A DNA stretch of 64,000 bases from Eledone cirrhosa (lineage: Eukaryota): the NCBI GenBank assembly GCA_964016885.1, contig OZ024742.1:337838001-337902000 (forward strand). The letters are read 5' to 3'. A program made the position numbers and the translations under genes. Positions 43,771 to 57,452 of the stretch are shown in pieces (positions within the stretch are counted from its first letter, which is position 1; each line of letters starts with the position of its first letter). The notes beneath the pieces were generated by a model that saw only the letters and a list, made by a program, of their open reading frames with translations, had not been told where the DNA came from and made no database searches.

Positions 43771-46350
43771 TGAAAGCTGCCTCAGTTTCCATATCCTTCT
43801 CTTCCAGGTTGCTCTCTGTCTCCATGTTCATCAGGTAGCTGGACCATCCAGTATAGTTGCTGATATTAAAAAAGTGTAGTGAAAGAAATGTTCCCACAGT
43901 TCCTCTCACTGACTTGGCCAATAAAAATCGACCTTTGACCACACCTAGAGAAAAACACATGAAGAATCCGGATGCTAGGTTTAACGATGCCAAGGAAGGA
44001 GAAGATAGCGGAAGGCCATAGATCAATATAAATAGGCTGTCCTGAGGGGACAGGGAGAATTTTCTATCACCAAAAGAAAACGTCACTACTCTTGTCACTG
44101 GGCTTTGACTACTACCTTGCTGATACTACTAACAAATGATCTCTTGCCACTCTCTATTTCAGCATAACGAAATAACAACAAAAACATTGTCAACCTTTAT
44201 GATTTGTAATAATCTGATTCTGTGTTCCCTTATTCACTGAAGTGAAGTAAATTTTATATTTAAACGAAACCATCTAGTTTGTCATGTTATTTCACCTCTA
44301 ACAACACTTACTAACTTTGCTTCCCTTCAAAAGCATCTGGCATAGTAGGCTATGAACTAGTGAGATCATTGTAAATTGCTACAAGGGCAAAGGAGATGCA
44401 CTAGAGAGAAGTAATTATAGAGTTATCAAGTCCTTAAATTCCCTTACTATCACTCCCAAGTGGTAGCTACTCTGTCTACCCCATGTGCACTCCCACCGCA
44501 ACCAGACCTTAGCTATCTTTCTATCACTTCCCTGCCAACACTATTGACCACACTATCCACACACCCCACACCACAATATCCCTTCTCTCCATACACTATC
44601 AGTCACCCTTTTCTCTTACTCATCACTCTGCTAAATCATCACAAACAGATGTAACTTCATACTTATCTCCCTCCCATCACAGAGCAATGCGAGCTCTTCA
44701 GTTTGGAGACTGTGACCAACAACCTCACAAGTGATTAGGTTTCAAAAATGGATTTGGTACACCCTATAAGTTGGTTGACGACAGGAAGAGCAACCAGCTG
44801 TAGAAAGCATGCCTAAAAGGGTTGAGAGGACCCCTCAGTTGTGTCAATGACAGAACAGCTTCTCTAATGTTGGTGATCTACATGATAAACACACACACTA
44901 CATGTTGTAAAGTGGTTGGGGATAAGAAGGGCATCCAGCCATAAAAAAATTGCCAACCAAATATTGTTAGTAATCTACATGATAAAAGTACCCAGTACAC
45001 GCTGTAAAGTGGATGTTGATAGGAAGGCCATCCCACTGTAGAAAACTTGCCCAACAAAAGGTTTGGAGGACCTTCCAGTTGTGTAAAAGACATGACAACC
45101 TCTCTAGTGCTGGTTCCACAACAAAATGCACTTGGTAGAATGTGGAACCTTATGTTAATGAGATGCTTACCCCCAGCCTGTGGCCCCTCTTCAGAACAGA
45201 ATCAGTCTGTAAAGACTTGTCCAACCATTCCTAGCAGGGAAAGTGGGTGTTAAATGATGTTGATGATGATGATATATATATATATGTGATGATTTGATAC
45301 AAATGAAACTATTCTAGTCCTGTAGTAGTAATTTCTATATAAAATAAAGATGCCTATATCCTACCAACGTATTGAGTACCTTTTTAACTGTGGTCAGTTC
45401 CTGAAAACCACCAGGAATCCACTCATGAAGATCCATCCAACATTTTGCTAGCAGAGAAATTGGACGTTAAATGATGATGACAATGACGATATATATCATA
45501 GTCTCTTTTTGGTCATGAACGACTATGCGTTTGCACATAGAAAACGCCCTCTGAGGCCCAAACCCAGTCAAGGTATTTTTGTGGAAGATCAGCAGTCGCC
45601 TATACATAGCAGTCTCCCTTTTCCACACTACCAATGTTGTCCAAGGAAAAAGGCAATGGCCAATACAGCTTGGCACTGCAACTCATTTTTTTCAACCGAG
45701 TGAACAGGAGCAGCATGAAATAAAGTGTCCCCAGTCTGAGAATCAATCTCACAACCTTACAATTGTGAGCCCAATGTTCTCACCACTCAGCCACACACCT
45801 TTACATAAATATATATCCTCCTCCTCATCATCATTTAACATTCATTTTTCCCTGCTAACAAGGGCTAGACATGCTGTCACAAACTATGTGCATCGTACTG
45901 GGGCACCTACATTAGGAAAGGTGTCATGTACTTGGCATATCTGAAAAGAATTCTCAACCCTTTGTTTGCAGATTTTCTATGGTTGAATGCACTTCCTACC
46001 ACCAACCACTTTACAGATGGGTTCTGGGTATGTTTATCATTCAAATCAGCAACTCTAGGGAGGTTTTCACGACTATGATACAACCATAGACACTTTGACA
46101 AGTTTTCTATGGCTTGATGCCCTTCCTATGACACTTTACAGAGTGCACTGGGTGCATTTATCATATAATAGTGAATTGATGGTTGTTTTTCTTTGTTTTT
46201 TTTCCTTTCTTTTTCTCTCGCTTTGATCATAGCCGGATTTTTTTTTTTTATTTGACAATTATAAATCGAAAGAAACTGTAAATTTCATGTAACTGTTTGT
46301 ACTTGGTACCGAACGTTTCACATATAGGGTCATTATTTTAAGTGTGATTA

Positions 46351-46670
46351 GGGCGGTGGATTTGCAGTATCGGTAGAGGGTCGGACGCCATGCTTTGACG
46401 CATAGAGTTACGGCCCTTGCCATTCTGAGTTAAAAATCCCGCCGAAGTTAACTTTGCCTTTCATCCTTACGGGGTCGATAAAATAAAGTACCAGTAATAC
46501 ACTGGGTAATTGCTGACCTTGTGCCAAAAGTAGAAGCAATTATTTTAAGTGTGATCTCAAATCCTGCCGAGGTTAACTTTGCCTTTCATCTTTACGGGGT
46601 CGATAAAATAAAGTACCAGTAATGTACTGAGTAATTGCTGGCCTTGTGCCAAAAGTAGAAACAATTATAT
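46351..46670 (+). mobile_element. Second tRNA-derived SINE family plus partial tandem duplicate
   Basis: tRNA-like head (gagttaaaaatccc B-box variant) followed by aactttgcctttcatccttacggggtcgataaaataaagtacc. attattttaagtgtgat occurs on both sides of the first copy. Other copies lie at ~47100-47350, 48700-48875 and 55395-55562 (- strand). Confidence 0.8.
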
Positions 46671-48029
46671 TTGTGAAGTTCCTAGCAATAATTAATTATA
46701 TTTATTATATGTGTTTATATTTTCATTCTGAAAGAATTGTGAACAATTGATTGTGTTATTTATACAACTGCTGGGAAAAAAAAAACATATTCACAAGTCA
46801 AGTTACAATTTCATGAATTTTATTTCAGATTTTACATTGTTTAAAAACAATTAAACTAAACAAGTATTTCATGTTTTATCTAACGAATAGGCTACTTTGC
46901 CAGTCCCGGTAAAATAGGCAAACATGCTTTTAAAGCTTATTTTACAGGTCCCGGTAAATAGACCCCCGGAATATTTTGCCAGTAACTATAAATAGTGTTG
47001 GATTAGGGTTAGGGTTTAAATTGTCTTAAAATTGGTGGTGAAAATAAATAAACTTCTGTGTTAAATCTGTTTGTTGTTATTTTAAATATTACCTGCCATC
47101 ATAATAATTGTTTCTATTTTTAGCACAAGGCCATAAATCACCCAGTACATTACTGGTTCTTTATTTTATCGACCCCGTAAGGATGAAAGGCAAAGTTAAC
47201 CTGCCATCATAATAATGGTTTCTGATTTAGGCACCAATTTTGGGAGAGGGGAAAGTCGATTAAATCGACTCCAACGCATTACTGGTGCTTTATTTCATCG
47301 ACCCCGTAAGGATGAAAAGCAAAGCTAATCTCGGCGAGAATTGAACTCAGACCAGTCGAGAAAAAGGGGAGATAATTTGAATAAGTTTACACTATATGTC
47401 AATTGGTGATATTTAACGGTAGGTACTGTAGTATTGTTTCTCTCTCAACTTAATAATTTCTATCAGAGATTGAAACCATCTATTATGTAATCAATTATGT
47501 CAATCATTATTGGTGCTTTTAACTTTTTTCTTTACTTTCAGTTTTGTTCGATATCCTCGATAATATTTTAAAGTTGATTTTGTTGAAATATTTTAGTTGT
47601 AAGTTTTTAGAGTTGCTGAGCACTACACAATAATTTTCATTATTATTTTACTTTTAAAGCGAAACAACCAACAAATATACAACATATAGATTACGGCGTA
47701 CTTGTTGCATCGTGTGTGAGGGCACCGCCCCACTCACAGTTCACAACAAAAAAAAAAAACAATAATATCCGACGGGTTTAAAAGCCATGTTCGTTCAAAA
47801 TACATAAGAAATGACAGAAAAAATATAAATTTCACTTGCAAAACGAGACAGGTATAATGTAAAAAATAACTAATATGACATGAGCGGTGCATACGAAATG
47901 AATCGGACGAGATATTTTCATTTTATTCATGCAAAATCTACTGTCAACGATACGTACAATAGTACCAAAAACTTGATTGAAAAGGTACAAAAATACTCAA
48001 AAACGTATCATATGAAGTGAAGGGCCCAA

Positions 48030-48612
48030 AATCGGGCACTACAACGCTATTAGCTGTCAGTCGAAGCAGGCGAAGGTGACTCGATGTAAGTGGAGTTACT
48101 TAAATGAAAATATAGGTGGCCCTTAAAAGGGCCAAATTGTTAATGGAATTAACCATTGCGATCTTTCCATCGCTACCGCTACTACAGCAGATACCATCAA
48201 TCTCCATGGGGACTGTCTCTTGTCTCCATGTGGACTGTATTCATGCTTTTGAATAAGGTTGGTGAAAAAAATTTGTTTTATAAACATTTCTTCATAAAGG
48301 GTTGGTGAAAAAAATTTTATAACCATAAATTTGTTTTCTAATTTGGCCCTTTTAAGGGTCACCTATATTTTCATTTAAGTAACTCCACTTACATCGATAT
48401 GCTTTAATGAAAAAAAAAAAAAAAAAAAAAAACGCGTGATATTTTCATTTAAGTAACTCCACTTACATCTTTAATAAAAATAAAAAAATAATAAAAAAAC
48501 GCGTGAAAATAAAAAAAATTTCATTACGCGTGGTAGTAATACGGAAATAAACGATGTTTTGCTTTCATCGGCTGCTTTCGACTGATAGCTAATAGCGTTG
48601 TAGTGCCCCAAA
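48030..48612. mobile_element. Fold-back/MITE-like element with nested inverted repeats
   Basis: gggcactacaacgctattagctgtcagtcgaa pairs with ttcgactgatagctaatagcgttgtagtgccc. tcgatgtaagtggagttac...gggccaaatt (48081-48138) pairs with 48340-48397. Confidence 0.7.
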
Positions 48613-49367
48613 TCGCATATTGCCCGTCATAATACGATTGCATCGTTGTTTTCCTTCGAGCAAGTTAACTAGAGCGTTATAAGTGACGAATTGATTACAC
48701 TTAAAATAATTGTTTCTACTTTTGGTACAAGGCCAGCAAAAATCCAGTGCATTACTGGTATTTTATTTTATCGACTCCCGTAAGGATGAAAGGCAAAGTC
48801 AACCTCGGCGGGATTTGAACTCAGATCATAAAGGGACGTAACTATGCTGGAAAGCATGGCGTCCAACCCTCTGCCAAATAATGACCCTATATGTGAAACG
48901 TCCGGTACCAAGTACAAACACAGTTACATGAAATTTACAGTTTCTTTCGATTTATAATTGTCAAGTTAAAAAAAAAATCCGGCTTTAGTAATAAACAAAG
49001 ATATAGAAATGTCAAATTTACAAATATTTCTCAGTTTGCTTTTACTGTTCGTAAAAGGATTTGCTGGTCAGATATGCGAGTAGCTATCTCTTTCAACTCA
49101 AACCGAGAAATACATAGTTTATTATCATATAACAAATATATAATATTAAATAGTACATACATGTAATCAATCAATTATTGCTAGGAATCTTGTAAATATA
49201 AAAGCGAGAGAAAAAAATAAACAACCAAAAAACCTATCAATTCTAAAAGCGTCAATCCTTCACATACCACAAGAGTCATAGGAAATGTCAAATTAAAAGC
49301 AAATAACTATCAGATTTGTACATTCGCACCAACTTAGGGAACCCCCTCTCACCTCGTATCTCTATAC

Positions 49368-49856
49368 CAGGCATGGGCAACCCTTTTGAGCTGTGGCGTG
49401 CAAAGGATTTTGCTCATTATAAGAGCGATCCGCACTACTAAAAAATTCAAGCTAATTTTGAAATAGATAACATTATAAATTGTTCGCGATTCATTCAGAA
49501 AGATATATTCTTTTAAGGTTGCAATATTAAAGAAAATGTAAAGGAAGGGGTGAACAACCGAGCCAACACCAGAGCAAAAGACAGCAACGTCGCAAGGAGT
49601 ACTGGGCAACCTCTCTAATGATTTTTTAGGTAAGCCAGCACATTCGCAGCATTGCCTCAGGTGATGGCGAGGTTAATGCGCTGGAACAGCCAAGCGCTCT
49701 CGCGAGATTCGCCAGTTACCTCTATTAGGCAAGCCGCTAGTGAAGAGAGGAACCTCGCAGTCAGCAGCCCGACTCCCCCAAACGTCTCGAAAGCCACAGG
49801 CTGAAATTAGGCATGCCATTCAAAAAGCCAAACGGGCCACAGTTTGCCCATGACTG
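49368..49856. mobile_element. Non-autonomous hAT (Charlie-like) transposon
   Basis: TIRs CAGGCATGGGCAA / TTGCCCATGACTG; 8-bp TSD ctctatac / ctctatat. Confidence 0.85.
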
Positions 49857-50049
49857 CTCTATATCAACTTCTTTAATTGAAAGAGCTTAGTGTTTTGTTA
49901 ATATCAGTTTTTTCTGAGTTAAATTACCGATTAACTCTTTCATTTTCATTTATTTTATGAAATCATTGACTACAAGGAAAATAATTGTATTATTTAGGTG
50001 CATATATTTCATTACACTCTACTTACAATTCAATTGAATATTATTGCAG

Positions 50050-50280
50050 TTCTCACACAGACGTCATAATCTCTTTGTTCTGAGAAAGAAGCCCTTTATA
50101 GCCAGCAAAGTGAGTAGTTCCCTGATTTTTTCCCTCCTGGTTTTCACTCTAACTAGTGTACTTTTGGAACACTTACCCTACTATTTATTAAGTCGCCTAG
50201 GTAGCAGAAGCTGTCAACTACTTGTAGTGACCTACATTCTGCGGGATCATATACATTCTCCCTGCGCCCTGCAGGAAAAA
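50050..50280 (-). mobile_element. RTE RT fragment
   Basis: SLQVVDSFCYLGDLI is homologous to SIEIVDSFRYLGDKI in the other RTE copies. Confidence 0.65.
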
Positions 50281-50284
50281 TTCC

Positions 50285-52035
50285 CACGTCAATTCGAGAA
50301 ATGACTGGAGTGACTGTGGCTTTCCGAGCGGCTATGCTGCGCACAGCGAGACCAGAGGAGTTGTCAATGAGTCGTTGTTTTTTCAGGTCCACTAGCAGTG
50401 AGAAGTGCTGAAGAAAATCAGCTCCTAAAATAGGGGTCGGCAGCTTAGCCACAACGAATACCCACTGGAAAGTGCAGCGTAGTCCCAAATTTAGTGTCAG
50501 AGACTGTTCTCTGTAGGTCGGAATATGTGAATGATTCACCGCATGGAGCCATGCTGGTGTCTCTTTCCTTTTTCCATGAACGCAGGAAACCAGGATGATG
50601 CTGATTTCAGCACCGGTGTCGACCAGGAAACGCGTGCCTGTGACGCGATCCTGAATGAAAAATAGGGCCAGAAACGTCCGTCGCATTCAGTTTCAGGCTG
50701 TGTCATTTCCCTGATTCGACATCGAAACAAATGAACAGGGATGGCTGCACTTGCGTGCCCGTCTTCTGAATTTTTGGTGGTACCAACACATTTCTAGTGA
50801 ATCACGGGATGCGCTCGGACTTCTTGAGGGACCACCAAATCGGCAAGTTCAACTGTTGGATTGACGCGTGGCAGGGTTACCCAGTGACAAGGCCTGAATT
50901 TGTTGCGTCAAGGCCTGTATCTGTGTTGCTTGTTGTGCCAGTAACTGGTGTAGATCGGGCATCTCTGTGGCACTGGAGGGCTGAAGGAACGGATTGGTGG
51001 AAGGTGTCACATTCGCTAAAGTTGAGTGCGGATGTGGTACCTCCATGATCTTATCTGCCAGCTCGGCGAGTTCTTCTATGGTGGTGGACTCCCTGGTGGA
51101 CGCTAGTACAACTTGTGTGGCAGAAGGTAAACGCTGGAGGAAGAGTTGCTTGAAAATTTCATCCGGGAGTTTATGTTCTCCGAGGAGTTGCTTCATTCAC
51201 CGTAGGAGTTGCGTCGGCTTTTTATCTCCTAATTCCTCCGATATGAGGAGCTGGTGCAAGTGCTTCTGCTGCGACTCTCACGTCCTCTTAATTAATGTTG
51301 TTTTAAATGTGTCATATGACACAGAGCAGGGTGGTGCTAAAATGAGGTCTCGAACCTCATTCATAATCTTCGGAGACATAGAACCAATGACATGTGTGAG
51401 ACGGGATGCCTCACTAACGATCCGGTTCGATGCGAACTGCGCTTCGATGTGCGCGAACCACAGTGTTGGATCGTGCACCCAGAATGGTGGTATCCTTAAG
51501 GTAAATGCCGCCCGGACTGCCATTTCTGCCGTAGATGAATCGTTGTGTGCTAGAGACATCGTTTGTAGTGAATAATCAGAAGGTTGTGTGTCTGTTTTAC
51601 GGAGTCACCAGTTGTAACGAATATTCCGGTTGTAACGGATAAGTGAATAGATGGAATTGTTGGTATGATGGTTTCAATGCAAAGAATAATACCAGGATTG
51701 TGTTGTTACAAAGCTTATTTTATTATAACAATATTCAATTTGAATATTGGATGATAAAATCTATAACATGAAATATTCGTATAATAATTTGGTGGCTCGT
51801 AAATACAAGTATCACAGAATACGATTATATGATAATTTGTATTGTATCTGAAAGATACAATGCGAATGACAGAAATGGTGCGTGTAAAATGCAAACAGTG
51901 TAAACTTACTATGAATGCGTGTGTGCGTATCAGTATATTTGCTTGTTTTAGCAGTAGTAGTAATCACTCAGCCAGGCGTGTGAGAAAAGAAGTGATATAC
52001 AGACAAGACAAGTCGCATTTACAAGCTCTCGTCAC
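50285..52035 (-). mobile_element. Gypsy LTR retrotransposon 5' half (5' LTR ~51613-52035, PBS, gag, aspartic protease)
   Basis: gag has IPPFWVHDPTLWFAHIEAQF and LFLQRLP...LAELADKIME. The protease has FLVDTGAEIS...PILGADFL. The PBS TGGTGACTCCG (tRNA-Trp-like) follows an LTR ending in tcgttaca. Confidence 0.88.
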
Positions 52036-52119
52036 GAAAAACCAGTCTGTCCACTAATTTCTCACACACCTGGCTGAGTGATTACTACTACTGCTAAAAC
52101 AAGCAAATATACTGATATC

Positions 52120-54339
52120 CACAATCGTCGATTTAAAGTCGGCATATCTACAGCTACACGTGGAGGAGAAGCTGTGGCAGTATCAGCTGGTCAGGTATAA
52201 GGGCCGGACATATTGTCTGACCAGGCTCAGCTTCGGGCTGAACTCTGCACCGAAGATCATGGTGGCGGTCCTCAAGACCATTCTGGGAAAGGCCGACAAG
52301 ATGAAGAGGGCTACCAATTCCTACATCAACGATATCCTAGTGGACGAGACTGTAGTGCTGGTGGCGGAGGTCACGAGCCATTTGCAGGGGTACGGATTAA
52401 CTACGAAGCCATCAGAGGCGTTGGAAGGAGGAGCCGCGCTGCGAAGAGATAAGACAAGCACGTTAGTGTCTCGGAGGGGAAATGAAGTCCCGGAACTGGG
52501 CACAAATATGAATAGACGGGAACTCTTCTCGGCGTGTGGAAAATGGTAGGTCACTACCCACTCGCTGAGTGGCTTCGGATGGCATGCAGCTATGTCAAGA
52601 GACGAGCGGACGGGGTGACTTGGAATGACAAGGTGGGAGAGAGGACGGTGGCCATGATGCAGGAGATTGTGGAGAGGATGAAGGCCGACGACCCGGTGCG
52701 AGGACGCTGGTATGTCCCCGAATCGCAGAGCGGGACTGTATGGTGTGATGCCAGCAGCATAGCGCTAGGTGTCACGCTGGAGATAGATGTCGAGGTCGAG
52801 GATGCAGCCTGGCTCAGGAAGAAGGACAATTGCAACCACATCGGTGGGGACAACCACTTGAGGTGGGGATTGCGCACCGTTGAGATTCGCACCGACTCGG
52901 CCACTGTACTCGGATGAGTGAGATCAGTGCTTACCAGTGAGAAGAGAGTGCGAACGAGAGGGCCAGCAGAAATGCTGATAAAGCGCCGCCTGGGAACTCT
53001 AGGAGAGCTGGCCACCAAGTTCAACCTGATGTTGAGTGTGGTCTTCATGCCATCAGAGAAAAATAGAGCAGGCATTCTAACCAGGGTGAAGAAAGCCTGG
53101 ATGGAAGCGCCGGAGGATGTTGAAGAGTGGATAGCTGCTGTGTGTCGGCTGAGCGAGTTGGAACTTAAAGGGTTGCATGACATGGGAGTGGATAGGACCC
53201 TGTTCCTAGCCAGGAGAATCGACTCCAACGTTATCAGACACAGTGTCCAGAGAGTGGTCAGAGGCTGCGTCCGATGTCAGTCTATTGATCCCGCCCCGGG
53301 TGTGCATGAGACGGGAAGTCTCCCAGTGGATCGCGATTGGCAGTGGATGTAGCACACTACCGACAGGGAATATATCTCTCGATGGTTGACAGTGGACCGG
53401 GACGGATGGTGATATGGAGGGAAATGAATACGGGAACTGCGGAGGAAATCACACGGTCGTTGAGAGAGATATTCTTGGAGTGGGGCCCTGTGGATGAACT
53501 GCTGATGGACAACAGCGCAGCGTTCCGCTCGGAGGCGCTGAGGGAGATGCTTGATGGGTGGAAGGTGGACCGCTTCTTTAGAGCAGCGCACAGGCCGAGC
53601 GAAAATGGAATCGTGGAGTAACACCACCGCACAATCAAAGCAATGGCGGAGCGGGGGCACATCTCACCAATGGAGGCAGTGTTTTGGTACATGTCCCTTC
53701 GGGTGGGACAGGCTGAGGAATTGGTGCCACACAGCAATATACAGATATGAGTGGCGGCACCCGTGCACTGTACCACAACGGCCAGTGGAGAGAGAGAACG
53801 CATTCGTACAGGTGGGTGAAGAAGTCTGGGTTAAGCCCCTAGACGCATGTTGCACATCTCAAAGGGGAAAGGGAACGGTAACGACTGTAAATTCCCAGAA
53901 TAACGTGTCCGTGGACGGAGTGTCACGTCATATCCTGGATGTCCGTAGAGTCGTGTCGACGGACTCCGAGGAAGAGGATATCTAAAGCGCCGCCCCAACA
54001 TTACGGAGATCGCCGACCACCGAACTGGACGGCAGATTATCACATGCAGCAGTGTGAGGGGGAGATTGATCCTTGAGATCAGAGGGGGCGTGTGGGGATA
54101 GTGTGGTGGTGTGGAGGAGGTGACCGTAAGCTGGGGATGATCGACCGGAGGCGGAAGAGGAAGTGAGATGAGATGCGTACCCAGGAGCATCTGTGCGCCC
54201 TCTTTCGGCTGTGACCCGTGATGAATCAGACATGCGAATGCGAGCTGCAACCGACGAACGGACTATACCCATGTGGATGAGGCTAGCTCGCTGATTGAAC
54301 TAGCAGAATTGCGGTAAGTGCAGTAGCTTTCTCATTACA
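52120..54339 (+). mobile_element. Second Gypsy-like element, 3' half (RT, RNase H, integrase, PPT, 3' LTR ~54067-54339)
   Basis: IVDLKSAYLQ, RLSFGLNSAP, YINDILV, WCDASS, RTDS, H.G...C.RC, LLMDN and NGIVE. PPT gagggggaga at ~54056; the LTR-like tract ends ...cattaca. Confidence 0.85.
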
Positions 54340-54483
54340 ATATATGTGTAATGAATTTTGTATTTTCTTGATGTATAATGATTCTGTATATAAAGACCTA
54401 AATAATCTTATTAAATACTCTAATATAATATTTATATAGGAGATTTTATATGTATTTTTACAAGGATACCATAGAACTACAAT

Positions 54484-54649
54484 ATGCCTGAAGTTTATCA
54501 CAAAGATCGTGCTGGATGTCAAATCCTCAGTTATGACTACAATGGATTTTTGGTACCACCATTCCCAAATGCTGGACAATGTCTTGAAAATCTTCCAGGT
54601 TTACCTGTAAGAGATGATGATGTATTTCTTCTTGGCTACATGAAAGCTG
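54484..54649 (+). CDS. Cytosolic sulfotransferase (SULT family), coding exon 1
   Basis: ATG at 54484; LPVRDDDVFLLGYMKAG (5'-PSB loop); donor G|gtatgt, phase 1. There is a possible upstream acceptor tttttacaag at 54464. Confidence 0.88.
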
Positions 54650-54799
54650 GTATGTATTCTATTTCAGGGGGATCATCCCTTTCTCTTTTCTACAGTAAAA
54701 CCTGTTTCTATTTTCCACCCATAATATTTACTGTATCTCAACTATATATAATAAGTCCTCCTCCATGCCTGAGACCAAGAATGCATCTAGGGTTCTCCT

Positions 54800-55360
54800 C
54801 TCTTCAGAGATGAGGAGAGTACTTTGCTAATCTCCTAAACCCGGTCACAACAGCATCTTCTCATGTACACGAGGTGCATCTGGGAGTGATGACTAACCTC
54901 TCAGGCTGAGATCACAAGCAATTAAAGAGCTCAAATGTGGCAAGGCCACTAAGGAGGAGGAAATTTGGCTTGCGATGTTAAAAGCCTTAAATAGAAAAGG
55001 TATTCTCTGGCCAACTCATGTGTGCTGAGTGGCCTGGATCTCTGGAATGGCACCTAAGCAATGGTAATCAGGAGTTATAATCCCAATTTTCAAAAAGGGA
55101 GACAAGTGAGAGTGCTCCAATTATTGAAGGATCTCCTTGTTAAGCTCCTCCAGTAAAGTCTTTGCTTAATATCTGGCAAAGAGATATAGGGATATTGTCA
55201 AGTCCAAGCTAGCTGATGAACTCAGTGGATTTTGCCCCGGATACAGCACAGCTGACCAAATATTCACACTGCGGCAGGTATTTAAGAAATCGTGGGAATA
55301 TTGTCAAGAAGTGTATTTTTGTTTCATAGACCTCAAAAACACATATGACAGCATTCCACA
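54800..55360 (+). mobile_element. Intronic degenerate RTE fragment (different subfamily)
   Basis: EYFANLLNP, VIIPIFKKGD, ISLLS, DQIFTLRQ and CFIDL motifs, with stops. Confidence 0.75.
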
Positions 55361-55625
55361 AGGCCAACAATTTGGGGAATGGGTGGGTGGGGGGTGATTA
55401 AATTGACCCAGTGCATTACTGGTGCTTCATTTTATCGACCCTGTAAGGATGAAAGGCAAAGCTAACTTCTGCAGGTTTTGAACTCAGAATGTAAAGAGCT
55501 GTAACTGTATGCCTCAAAGCATATTTTCCAAAGTTCTACCGATACTGCCAATCCACCGCCCTTGTTGGTATAATAATTAGTTATGTTGGTGTAATAATTA
55601 GATGTTTTCATTATTTCCCTGCTAG

Positions 55626-55949
55626 GTTGTCACTGGATGTGGGAAATCTGTGGAATGTTGCTGAAAGGTTCAGCTGAGTATGACCTTGAAGACAAAAGTG
55701 TTGCGATGTTGGAATTGGCAAACAAAGACAAACTTGACAAACTTCCATCACCCAGAGTGTTAAACAATCATCTCTTCCTGCATCATTTACCACACCAAAT
55801 ATTTACCAAAAAACCTAAAATGATCTTCATGACTCGCAACCCTCGTGATATTGCTGTCTCGGCCTACCACCATATATTTCAGTTGAATATAATGTATCAT
55901 TATGATGGAGATTGGAAAGATTTTTTGGAAATGTTTTTAGATGGCAAAT
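55626..55949 (+). CDS. Sulfotransferase coding exon 2
   Basis: Acceptor gctag|GT completes Gly and gives KAGCHWMWEI. PSPRVLNNHL carries the catalytic His and RNPRDIAVSAYHH is the 3'-PB motif. Donor T|gtaagc, phase 1. Confidence 0.92.
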
Positions 55950-57452
55950 GTAAGCATAAACTTTCTTTTTTATTATTTAAAAAAACAAAACAATAGTCAG
56001 CCATGAAGGCTAAACAAACAAAGGGTTGGGAGGACCCTTCAGCCATGCCAAGGACATGACAGCCTTCCTAGTGTCTGTTGACCTGTATGATGAACACACA
56101 CAGTACATGCTGTAAAGTGTCTTGGTGATAGGAAGGGCATCTAGCCATAGAGAGCTTGCTAAACAAAAGAGTCGGGAGGACCCTCAGTTGTGTCAAAGAC
56201 ATGACAACCACTTCCGTGCACTTGGTGGAGCGTTCACCGTACATAAAGCGAGAGACAGATCCCTAGCCTGCCTGGAAGACCAGTGGCTCTGCTTCAGTAC
56301 TGACTTGGTCTATATAGACCTGTCCAAACCTTGCAAGAAGGGAAAGCAGATGTTAAAATGACAATGATGATGATGAATCTATTCCAATTGAATTATATAA
56401 GATCTATAGAGATCAAGCAATAGAATCTATGTTAAAATATGGAACCCATCTAGTTTCAGACTGTTATGTCCTGTTCAACACATGCCAATATGGAAAGCAG
56501 ACATAAAATGATGGAGATAATGTTGATGATGATATGGATGATGAAAGGTGGTGATGATGATGAATGTTTATGATTTGCAAAATGAACAAGTCAATAAAAA
56601 AAAACAGAAAGAAGAAAAAAAAATCAATGTTTGAGGCATATATTAGAATATAATGACAGAGAAATTTATTTTTTCATTGTAACATTTACTCTTTGGTCTC
56701 AAATAATCGACCCCACCCCCTACCCCAAACACAAACACTTATTACATTTTGCTAATCTATCTCCGCCAAAATTTTGTTTTAAGTGGTGACATTCCTGCAA
56801 CAATTAATTTTCTTTAGACATTAAAAAACATGCATGACAAAAAAAGTATATTACTAGAAATCCCATACATTATAGAATAACTAGGATGAGTTGGGGGTCT
56901 CAATATGTAAACTAAATGACTAATTCTGGTTTTTAAAAAAATCAATGGAGACAACCTAGAAAAATTACTGATTTTCCAATCTCATCTCCACCTGCTTTTT
57001 CCAATTTCCTATGATTTGGGACCCGAGAGTATGTTGGCATCCAGCCATAGAAAACTTGCCAAACAAAGGGTTGGGAAGACTCTTCATATATGTGAAATAC
57101 ATGATAACTTCCATAGTGCCACAGTAAACTGCACCTAGTGCACTCTGTAGAGTGCAAGAATAAATGTGAGAAGCTGACTCCTGGCATGTTTGTGAGGTCT
57201 GATTAAGTACTGACTTAATCTGTGACAGCCTGTTCAACCTTTGCTAACAAGAAAAAACAGGTGTTAAATGATGATGATGATACCTTGATTCATGCTTTTT
57301 ACATGAAATACATAAAAAAATTAATGTTTTGGGGCCAAAAGTAAGAGTTTGACTTTTACACTTGTATATAAGATACTTTTCCTTGTTTGATATGATCAAT
57401 CATTGTGTTATTGAACTTCATTTCTCTGACAATCAATGTTGTATTGTTTCAG

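Noticed and set aside
47002-47016. TTAGGGTTAGGG telomere-like motif
   Set aside because: Only two units, internal to the sequence; more likely part of an interspersed repeat.
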